Under the pieces are notes generated by a model. That model did no database searches, was not told the origin of the DNA, and saw nothing but the letters and a program-made list of their open reading frames with translations. A stretch of DNA of 64,000 nucleotides from Macrostomum lignano (Eukaryota): contig NIVC01000386.1 of assembly GCA_002269645.1 (NCBI GenBank), forward strand, positions 186,001 to 250,000. Direction: 5' to 3'. A program made the translations under genes and the position numbers. This document shows positions 50,401 through 60,275 of the stretch, in pieces; position 1 is the first letter of the stretch; every line of letters starts with the position of its first letter.

Positions 50401-50838
50401 AAGTAGACCTTCTGGCCCATGGAGTTGTACACAACGTATTTGTTCTGCATCTCGAAACCGGACACCACTGAAATGAAGGGGCGAGAAATGCCTCTGTCAG
50501 TTCCAAAAAGCTTAGCAGGTTTCTTTGTATAAAAAGCCAAATTAATTGAGCCGGAGCTGGACTTTCTTATCCTGAGTTCGCTCACTTTCAAAGAACTCTT
50601 TCTTCTGCTTGATCAGCACCTGGTCCAGAGTGCTCAGGTACTCCAGTCCGGGCGGGCAGCTGCGCGAGTTTGATGACGCGCCGGGCTTCTCCATCCACGG
50701 CGCCTCGTGCCTGCCGCCGTGGTGGTGGTGATGGTGGTGGTGCTGGTGCTGCTGGTCCACTGGCTGCATGGCCATGGCTGTGGACTGCTGCTGCCCGTTG
50801 GGGTAGGCAGGTGCCGGCTGCACCTTGTTGCTCTCCAT
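44413..50838 (-). CDS. PLSCR: Phospholipid scramblase family protein (287 aa). Coding exons 50586-50838, 50390-50467, 44802-45127, 44558-44719, 44413-44457
   Basis: [95 protein letters not shown]. The exons sum to 864 nt with consistent phases. Confidence 0.95.
45552..46082 (+). CDS. RPL18A: 60S ribosomal protein L18a (eL20), 176 aa, intronless, nested antisense in scramblase intron 2
   Basis: [19 protein letters not shown]...YEMRIFA...AKSRFWYF...[25 protein letters not shown]...[13 protein letters not shown]. Intact frame, strong GC3 bias, AATAAA at 46163. Confidence 0.97.
   Translation: MRARGILKEYRVVGRRLPSTAVPQPPLYEMRIFATDSVTAKSRFWYFVRHLKKLKKMHGEVLQCKIVPPKKALRVKNYGVWLRYNSRSGTHNMYKEYRDMAPAAAITQCYREMGARHRARASSIHILKIKEIASKDCKRPCVTQFHDSKLKFPLPHRVHRRLHAPRFTTVRPKTTF
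46163..46168 (+). terminator. Polyadenylation signal of RPL18A
   Basis: AATAAA 80 nt after the stop; no genomic poly(A) tract follows. Confidence 0.7.
47463..47870. repeat. 60-bp tandem repeat, ~7 copies, inside the CACTA-like element
   Basis: Consecutive 60-nt lines are nearly identical. Confidence 0.96.
49570..50230. repeat. 103-bp subterminal tandem repeat (~6 copies) with an internal inverted repeat GCGAATCCTG/CAGGATTCGC
   Basis: GTTACCTGGTC recurs at 49583, 49686 and 49789. Confidence 0.95.
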
Positions 50839-53164
50839 GGACACCGCTGTGTCTGCGGAATTGACGGGAAGAAAGGAAAGGAAGCTTTTTAGCTGCAGTT
50901 TCTCCTCGGGTTTTTGCGTCAATTCACCGCCACCGCGATGGCACGACTCAAAGGGTTGGTCTTGTGCGGCAACAAAGGCCAGGTCACTAATTGGTGCGCG
51001 TCTGACATGTTTGTTGCTCGCAGCTCAAATGACTCAGAGGGAAGGCAAATGTTTTTTGCCAAAGTCATTAATTGGCAAGCGCGGTGATTTGTTTGGCAAA
51101 CGGCAGTGACTGCTCTGTTGTGATGGGCAAGGCCACTTGGCAGTTGCATGCGTCTAGAAATCCGCGAGCGAGTGAAAACACATGCAAGTTGTGCATCCGC
51201 TTGGAGCAGACAGAAACTACGTGCAGCTCTCGGAATTCGGGAATTACGGACCTGTAGGCTGTAGCTACAGTTCTTTATTGAATTAAGGTTTTCAACTCTG
51301 CAAGCACAGCCACTGGCTGCACAACGATTCATAGACGGTGTTTTGTAACGGCAAACAGTGCGGCAAGTGCCCCAGCAAATACAAAGAACAAGCTGTACTT
51401 TTTCTCTGCAGTCAACATATCACATATGGAAATGTATTATATAGCAAAACAGACAAGGGGACAATTGACTTGAGTGATGCCCGTCGTGCACAACAACAGC
51501 CATTGCTTTACAGCAGCAGTTGAATGCTTTCAGTGAGATAAGCGAATCCACTCACCGTAATAAGCTGCGTTGTCCATCTCTGGTGCCGCTTCCAGGGCTC
51601 GTTTCGGTCTTTTTAATAAACGAGATGAAAGAGCGAAAAGCGATAGGCAAAATGGAAGCATGAGGCGATGTGCGAGCTTGCACAGAGGGGAATGCGGTTG
51701 AGACTGGTTTCTTCATCAAGCTGAGTGCACGCGACACTGGCGTGCAAGGTCCGTTGAGAAAATAGTTTTTGAGGTGATCCGGTATAAATGGGTGTGCTAG
51801 ATTGCTATCTTAGTTTCAAGGTCCAAGCTCGATTCCATTGTTCGCTTGCGAAGACCAGCCCCCCCCCCCAAACAAGCAGTATTAGAGTGCGCATGTCCGA
51901 CTTTGCCACACAGTCAGGACACGCGGGTACACCGTGTCATCAATCGAATTCTGCGAGTCTTTCTCAACATTTTTAGAAGGGTTAATCGGGGTCAAATCTA
52001 CGTATTAAACAGAGCTTATTAATATCTAAGCATCTGCAGACACAGTGGGAGCCTATTAAAAAAGTACTGCTCACCAACCTCACCTGTCAGTCGGACTGCT
52101 CCCGTGACCCGGTTCAATTACTGTCTGTCAGCTGGTGCTGCTGCTGACGGACGGATCTGCTTTGTTCTCCGCTTTTGCCTGAAGCTGCACTCAGAGCCCC
52201 AGCGTGCGAGCAGCTGTCTATATAGAGCAATACCTGCCGTGTGGCAGCCGTGCCGCTGCAGCTCCCACTGGCTACAAGCGCGGGGAGCTCAGGGTAGGAG
52301 AGGCGGGGGCGAGGGCTGTAAAGACAAATACACCTTGTTTCCATGGCAACGCCATACAGCTCAGAGGGAAGGCATATAGACGGAAGGAACAGCCTGCATG
52401 TCTCGCCAGTTTTGCCCACTCAGTGCGGAATGGCTGCGAAGTCCCTAATCTGCAACTGTGCTTTTAATAACGAAATTCTGTCAGCTCAAGTTGCCACAAT
52501 TCCTGCTTCAGGACAAAGAGGAACTTGCGTATTATAAATATTCCATCAAACTTATATAGCTCCAGCTTCCGGGGTATCTCTTACTTTTTTACGAGCGTAT
52601 AAATATTCGATTTCCTTTACTTTGAAGCAAACATTGAAATTCGAACCTCCTGTCTACGACGATCGACTCACCCACAGGCTCGCAGTTCACTGTGATGAAG
52701 AAACATCGAGCTTCGGATTCAGTAAATTGTTTCTTATAGCTAGGAAACTGTCTGGAAAGCATCAATGTGCCTTGCAAGCTACTGATTACTCATAGTAGCA
52801 TCGCAAATTTTCTTCAACCAAAATTTTTAGATCTTTTTAGGAACAAAACCGACATTATACTGTCGGAGCTTAAAAATCTAAAAGACCGACAAAACAGTCG
52901 CCAAAATTTAACATCATCTTTCCATTGCGAAGGATGCGGCAGCATGGCTGATCGGAATATTGCAAGAAGGCAACTTTTGGGACTTGACCCGCCTATCAGG
53001 TCTAATCTGCCTAGCCTGCTCACTTTTCTTGTAATAGGGGTGGGTTTTCCTATGATTCCGCAATCAAATTGCTCACACTAAAGGAATGACGTTAGCTTCG
53101 TTCTATAGCGACCTCTTGGAGGCCTCTACATGTACATACCTGCTGTAAGCATTTGACAGTGACG

Positions 53165-54915
53165 CCAAATTAAAAGACGACAGTGACGCTCACCAAGAGA
53201 GACAGTGACGCTTATCTAGAGAGACAGTGACGCTTACCAAGAGAAAGTGACGCTTATCAAGAGACAGTGACGCTTACCAATAGAAAGTGACGCTTTTCAA
53301 GAGACAGTGACGCTTACCAAGAGACAGTAACGCTTACCAAGAGAGACAGTGACGCTTACCAAGAGAGACAGTGACGCTTACCAAGAGACAGTGACGCTTA
53401 CCAAGAGAGACAGTGACGCTCACCAAGAGACAGTGACGCTCACCAAGAGAGACAGTGACGCTCACAAGAGATAGTGACACTTACCAAGAGAGACAGTGAC
53501 GCTTACCAAGAGGCAGTGACGCTTACCAAGAGACAGTGACGCTTACCAAGAGACAGTGACGCTCACAAGAGATAGTGACACTTACCAAGAGAGACAGTGA
53601 CGCTTACCAAGAGACAGTGACGCTCACCAAGAGAGACAGTGACGCTCATAAGAGACAGTAACGCTTACCAAGAGAGACAGTGACGCTTACCAAGAGAGAC
53701 AGTGACGCTTACCAAGAGACAGTGACGCTTACCAAGAGAGACAGTGACGCTCACCAAGAGACAGTGACGCTCACCAAGAGAGACAGTGACGCTCACAAGA
53801 GATAGTGACACTTACCAAGAGAGACAGTGACGCTTACCAAGAGGCAGTGACGCTTACCAAGAGACAGTGACGCTTACCAAGAGACAGTGACGCTCACAAG
53901 AGATAGTGACACTTACCAAGAGAGACAGTGACGCTTACCAAGAGACAGTGACGCTCACCAAGAGAGACAGTGACGCTCATAAGAGACAGTGACACTCACC
54001 AAGAGAGACAGTGACGCTCACAAGGGACAGTGACACTCACCAAGAGACAGTGACGCTTACCAACAGACAGTGACGCTCATCAAGAGACAGTGACACTTAC
54101 CAAGAGAGACAGTGACGCTCAACAAGAGACAGTGACGCTCATCAAGAGACAGTGACGCTTATCAAGAGACAGTGACGCTTACCAAGAGACAGTGACGCTT
54201 ACCAACAGACAGTGACGCTCATCAAGAGACACTGACACTTACCAAGACAGACAGTGACGCTCATCAAGAGGCAGTGACACTTACCAAGAGAGACAGTGAC
54301 GCTCAACTAGAGACAGTGACGCTCATCAAGAGACAGTGATGCTTACCAAGAGACGGTGACGCTTACCAAGAGACAGTGACGCTTACCGAGAGACAGTGAA
54401 AGTTACCAAGAGACAGTGACGCTCACCAAGAGAGACAGTGACGCTCACAAGAGAGACAGTGACGCTCACAAAAGAGACAGTGACGCTCACAAGAGAGACA
54501 GTGACGCTCACAAGAGAGACAGTGACGCTCACAAGAGAGACAGTGGCGCTCACAAGAGAGACAGTGACGCTCACAAGAGAGACAGTGACGCTCACAAGAG
54601 ACATTGACACTCACCAAAAGACTGACGCTTACCAAGAGACAGTGACGCTTACCGAGAGACAGTGACGCTTACCAAGAGACAGTGACGCTTACCAACAGAC
54701 AGTGACGCTTACCAAGAGACAGTGACGCTTACCAAGAGGCAGTGACACTTACCAAGAGAGACAGTGACGCTCATCAAGAGACGGTGACGCTTATCAAGAG
54801 AGACAGTGACGCTTATCAAGAGACAGTGACGCTTACCAAGTGACAGTGACGCTTACTAAGAAACTGACGTTGAACTAAGAGACGCTGTCGCTCACCAAGA
54901 GACTGACACTCAACT
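53165..54915. repeat. 19/21-bp minisatellite (GAGACAGTGACGCTYACCAA)
   Basis: Directly visible tandem array of ~1.75 kb. Confidence 0.97.
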
Positions 54916-55716
54916 AGACTGCCCCTACATGTAAGTGACGCACCTTCGTAGTAATTCATACGCACGACACAGATATGCACCTCTTCATTTCAGGTTGGAT
55001 ACATTCAGTAACAGTGTAAGTTTAACCGACACGCTCAGCTTTCTTCGACAATGGGATGAAGCCATACCTTCTGATGACGGCTGTTTTCGCAGCCATCCGA
55101 GTGGAGGCTGTTCTCTGCACCCGCAAAAAGCTTTCACGGAAACAAGCAGCATTTCTAACAGAAAAGACGCATCTTTTGCCGATGCAAAAAACATAAAACC
55201 TGCCCCTTAAAATAGCATCACTTATTTCCACCTGCCCCGAGCTCGACAGCCCGCGGCTAATGGACGCTTCTGTGCCAAGACAGTTGCGGTATTCAAGACA
55301 CCATTATGACGATCTTTCTCTCAAGCTGACAACAAAAGGCTACCCGAAAAAGCAGGCCTGCAGAACCCTCCCCACGAAGGTGACTTCGAGCCATCTCTGC
55401 TCCTTCGATTAAGCAAACAAAAAGTGGCCTCCATCGGAATTGACGCTGATCCCGTTACAGGAAGCCCCGCCGGGGCTCGCAGTGTCAGCAAATCGATGCG
55501 ATTCTCGCGCACCGGAGGACAATCAGCTTGAGCAGTCCCATTTTCCTCAGCAACTGTTTGCCTGACTGCCATTAGGAGAAGCTTCGATTCAAAAAACTTC
55601 TCTCACAGAAGAGTTTCTGTTGGCGGGCCTTTCAAGCAAATCCGGCGCTGACTGGCTGGGCGGCAGCCGATTTAAAGGCCTGCCGACTCGCCGCTCCGCC
55701 CGCCCGCGCCGCAGCC

Positions 55717-57526
55717 ATGAGTCCCGACCGCGAGCTCCTCCTGTGCTGCGCCGTCCTCCTGCAGCTGCTGCAGGGCTGCCTCGGCCTCTCCACCAGCCGG
55801 CAGTTCAAAACGACCGCCCTGTGCCCGCGGCTCTCCGCGCTGCCCGCCCGAGCCGAGAAGTCGAAGATTCGCTGCGGTTCTGCGTGCAGCAGCAGGCCGG
55901 ACTGCGACCTGTTCCACTTCAACCGGACAGCCGGTCTCTGTTACCATGGCAACTCCACGTGCGAGGGACTGGCGCTGTGGAACAACGGACCTTGCGACTC
56001 CTTCAGAGCAGGTAGCGTCCGTGAGCAGGAATTCTGGTGCTGGATTTTCTCTGTTCCTTCCGAATGCTTTGCAAATCCCCTGACCACCGCAGCCACTCCA
56101 GGGCGATCCTCTGCGGACCCGATCGTCGGCAAGCTCGGCCTCAAGCTGCTCTACAGGTTCGCCAGCCACGGCCTCGAGAACGTCGCCGACCCGTGCCAGC
56201 ACCGGCTGAGGAGCGGCAGCGCCACGGTGGTGAACGCTTCTGGTGCGCACTTTGTGCAGAGCCCGGACTCCTTCCTGATGGCTAAGACGCCCGGTTTTGA
56301 GACGGTGGTCAACAAGGGCAACAAGTTCTCCTTCTTCGTCCGGGCCAAGCACCCGCTGGACATCGAGTGAGTCGCCTCTGAGGCAATTAAAGTTCAAGCA
56401 GAGCTCGGGTTCTTGCTGAGTCATTGTGCACCGCAGTGAGACCTTTGTGCGAATGGGGCTGAGAGTTCCAGATCCTGTGCACCGCAGTGAGACCTTCGTG
56501 CGAATGGGGCTGAGAGTCCCAGATCCTGTGCACCGCAGTGAGACCTTCGTGCGAATGGGGCTGAGAGTCCCAGATCCTGTGCACCGCAGTGAGACCTTTG
56601 TGCGAATGGGGCTGAGAGTCCCAGATCCTGTGCACCGCAGTGAGACCTTTGTGCGAATGGGGCTGAGAGTCCCAGATCCTGTGCACCGCAGTGAGACCTT
56701 TGTGCGAATGGGGCTGAGAGTTCCAGATCCTGTGCACCGCAGTGAGACCTTTGTGCGAATGGGGCTGAGAGTCCCAGATCCTGTGCACCGCAGTGAGACC
56801 TTTGTGCGAATGGGGCTGAGAGTCCCAGATCCTGTGCACCGCAGTGAGACCTTTGTGCGAATGGGGCTGAGAGTCCCAGATCCTGTGCACCGCAGTGAGA
56901 CCTTTGTGCGAATGGGGCTGAGAGTCCCAGATCCTGTGCACCGCAGTGAGACCTTTGTGCGAATGGGGCTGAGAGTTCCAGATCCTGTGCACCGCAGTGA
57001 GACCTTTGTGCGAATGGGGCTGAGAGTTCCAGATCCTGTGCACCGCAGTGAGACCTTTGTGCGAATAGGGCTGAGTCCCAAACCCTCTCCAAACTGCAGC
57101 GGCACCTACGCAGCATTCCGGCACTGCACCGGAACATCCTGGACATCCGTGGCTCACGACCTGTACACTCACAAAGGAGAAACCTGGCACCAAGTGTTCT
57201 GGCCCGCTGACGGAAAATCCTACCTCTACAATTCCGGCACCGTGTACAGCAAGAGCAGCTCAGCCGCCCTGGTCTCCACCGGGGTCTCCTACGACACGAA
57301 CCGGGCCGTCAGCTTCTTCTTCAACGGGAGCAGCCGCGCTGCCAGTCTGGATGACACAAAATCGAAATCCGGCCTCAGCACTGCGAATTTCCAATGCCTG
57401 CAGCTTGGGGGCTTCCCTGTCAGCGGATACTCCATCCAGGGCAGCATCTCCTGCTTCGGTCTGAGCACTCGAGTGCTCAACCAGTCCGAGTTCGCGCTGC
57501 TGGACAGCTGGTGCCAGCGGGTTTGA
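55717..57526 (+). CDS. Secreted protein, 358 aa: signal peptide, PAN/Apple-like Cys domain, LamG/concanavalin-A-like domain. Exons 55717-56366 and 57100-57526
   Basis: Hydrophobic leader; SKIRCGSACSSRPDCDLFHFNRTAGLCY is a PAN/Apple pattern; the C-terminal LQLGG...IQGSISCFGLSTRVLNQSEFALL resembles the LamG3 end. Phase-2 GT-AG intron joins GA+C. Confidence 0.85.
56425..57075. repeat. 51-bp tandem repeat, ~13 copies, filling the intron
   Basis: Directly visible; explains the spurious repeat ORFs in all frames. Confidence 0.97.
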
Positions 57527-57849
57527 AGCGGCGGCCCCATGGAAGCCAGCAGTACAGTTGAACTGAGAATCTGATCGCACCTGAAGATTGAATAACAGCC
57601 CAAATCCTTCATTCAAGAGGTCTACAGTATCTGACAGACTTGACAGACTGATCCCTGACGCAAAACCCGGTCTGAGACAGACGCGATTAAACAATGTCAG
57701 CTGGTCGCGAATCTCGCAGGCCATTTTTCCTCGAGCATCCCAAAAATTCAAATGCTAACCGCGACTCTGAATTTCAGCTTCTTTCACTGGCGCTGCTCAT
57801 CTAAATAACTCAGGTTCTGTAGATGTGTGCAGACTGAGTTCGAGCAGTT

Positions 57850-58068
57850 CAGCTGTGTACTGGTCTGCAGTTTAGCTGTGTACTGGTCTGCAGTTGAGGT
57901 GTGTCCTGGTCTGTAGTTTAGCTGTATATCAAGATGCTCTGTAGTTTAGCTGTGTACTGGTCTGTAGTTTAGCTGTGTACTGGTCTGCAGTTTAGCTGTG
58001 TCCTGGTCTGTAGTTTAGCTGTATATCAAGATGGTCTGTAGTTTAGCTGTGTACTGGTCTGCAGTCTG
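57850..58068. repeat. 23-bp minisatellite (GTTTAGCTGTGTACTGGTCTGYA)
   Basis: Directly visible. Confidence 0.9.
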
Positions 58069-58734
58069 CCCCTGGCCATTATTAGCCTAGTTTTACCCTC
58101 GGATACTAGAATAACTATTAATTATTCTAATTATTCTAGCATCTGTGGCTTTACCCAGTCAAATAACAAAGCAGACCAAACAAGACCAAAAGCAGACCGG
58201 GTTGCTTGGCTGCAACACCAAGAGGGCATTTAAAAACTGCAGCGGCTGCGTCCTCCAGCGACGCCCGCCCCGATCAGTTCCGGTGTTATTCCAGTTGAAA
58301 CAAATATTTAGCATACAGCAGGCAACGGGGTACTGTGGGAGATGCTCAGCACAAACCACTAAACTGGCAAGCGAGACACAAACAGGTGTTCAATTCGAAC
58401 TTCTGCCCCAACCAATCCGTGAGAATGCTTGAATTCGTGGCAATCAAAAGGGCTGGGAGAACTTTAAAAAACCACCTGCCAGCGATGAACAGCGGACTGG
58501 GCGAATTGCGATACCCTGGGGCGAACTCGAATAATGAGCCAATGTGAAAGCCATGCGGTCGGTTAGCGGCAAAGCCATGCAGAATAGAGATAGAAAATCC
58601 TTCTGTAGGAAATCCTTTGAAGCTCTGGCGACCCGGGATGAGGCTGCTTGCATTGATGGAGAGGGCTGTAGGGGGAAGCAGGGTGAGGAGGTGGAGAGGA
58701 AGCCTGGGGGAGAAAATCAAAGGCTGAGTGAAAG

Positions 58735-58925
58735 GAGAGTGAGAGAACGAGAGGGAGGGTGAGAGAACGAGAGGGAGGGTGAGAGAACGAGAGGGAGGGT
58801 GAGAGAACGAGAGGGAGGGTGAGAGAACGAGAGGGAGGGTGAGAGAACGAGAGGGAGGGTGAGAGAACGAGAGGGAGGGTGAGAGAACGAGAGGGAGGGT
58901 GAGAGAACGAGAGGGAGGGTGAGGA
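58735..58925. repeat. 20-bp polypurine tandem repeat (GAGAGAACGAGAGGGAGGGT), ~9 copies
   Basis: Directly visible. Confidence 0.93.
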
Positions 58926-59224
58926 GGATGAGATGCAGAAAAGGAGAGGGGAGGATGAGAGGGAGAGACTGACAAACTGGGAGAGATTGAGAGGTAGGGT
59001 GAGAGATGGGGTGAGACGGGGTGTGAGGGTGAAGATAATGAGACACCTGTGGCGAGAGTGCAGAGAGCTGAAGGGAAGAGATGAGCAACCGGTGAGATTC
59101 AAGCGGTCGCAAGGAAATGCAGGCAGACTGCGAAGCTCCCTCGGGGCTGAAGGTCGCGAGCTCGAATTCGAAGCGAGGGGGGCGATTTGAAACAAAATAA
59201 AAGCGAAAATCTCTCACGGAGCGG

Positions 59225-59237
59225 AATAAAATTTATT
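59225..59237. terminator. Back-to-back polyadenylation signals AATAAA-A-TTTATT
   Basis: A canonical hexamer on each strand between two convergent genes. Confidence 0.5.
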
Positions 59238-59489
59238 AATCAAACATGAATAGGCAGATCAGTGATTGCTGATGAATAATAGCATAGTCCAAGGCTGCAC
59301 TAAATTAAACAAACTGGAATTTGCAGGAAGCTGGCAAGGCTGCGTAACAGAGAAACAAGAAGCTCTCCTAATAACAGGCATTACAGGCATTACAGGCATT
59401 ACAGGGAATATGCGATTGCCAAGTGCACCAGAATCCAACTCTGAATTGGAATTTAAAGTAATGCAAACTGCGACAGTGATCTGCTAGTG

Positions 59490-60105
59490 CTGGGATTCGG
59501 GATCTGTGCGATGGGATTAGGGATCTGTGCGATGGGATTAGGGATCTGTGCGATGGGATTTGGGATCTGTGCGATGGGATTTGGGATCTGTGTGATGGGA
59601 TTTGGGATCTGTGCGATGGGATTTGGGATCTGTGCGATGGGATTTGGGATCTGTGCGATGGGATTTGGGATCTGTGCAATGGGATTTTGGATCTGTGTGA
59701 TGGGACTTTGGATCTGTGCGATGGGATTTGGGATATGTGCGATGGGATTTGGGATCTGTGCGATGGGATTTGGGATCTGTGCAATGGGATTTTGGATCTG
59801 TGTGATGGGACTTTGGATCTGTGCGATGGGACTTTGGATCCGCGTGATGGGATTTGGGATATGTGCGATGGGATTAGGGATCTGTGCGATGGGATTTGGG
59901 ATCTGTGTGAGGGGTTTTGGGATCTGTGCGATGGGATTTGGGATCTGTGTGAGGGGTTTTGGGATCTTTGTGGTGGGATTTGGGATATGTGCGATGGGAC
60001 TTGGGATCTGTGCAATGGGATTTGGGATCTGTGCGCTGGGATTTTGGATCTGTGCGTTATTTTTCGGGATCTGTGCGATGGGATTTGGGATCCGTGCGAT
60101 GAGAT
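59490..60105. repeat. 21-bp minisatellite (GGGATCTGTGCGATGGGATTT), probably in a 3'UTR intron of the minus-strand gene
   Basis: Tandem array; minus-strand GTAATC donor near 60125 and CTAGCAG acceptor near 59481. Confidence 0.9.
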
Positions 60106-60275
60106 TAGGGATGGAAGATTACCAAGGCCCAGGGTAATTCCTTTGTCACTATGCAGCTTGAATTGGGAACAAACAGTGAAACAGATATTCATTAAAAAGG
60201 AGAAAAGTTTCTAACAATGCAGGCAAAGCCATCAGAATTGAGAATCCAAGCGGAGTCCGCGAGCAGAAAGACGCG

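Noticed and set aside
54935-55600. Semi-open GC-balanced stretch upstream of the PAN/LamG gene (also 58145-58680 downstream)
   Set aside because: Interrupted by stops, with no recognisable domain or convincing splice framework; cannot be called without a homology search.
55672-57193. 477-, 268- and 241-aa ORFs and the repeat part of the 366-aa ORF
   Set aside because: The 51-bp unit is a multiple of three and lies within a phase-consistent GT-AG intron.
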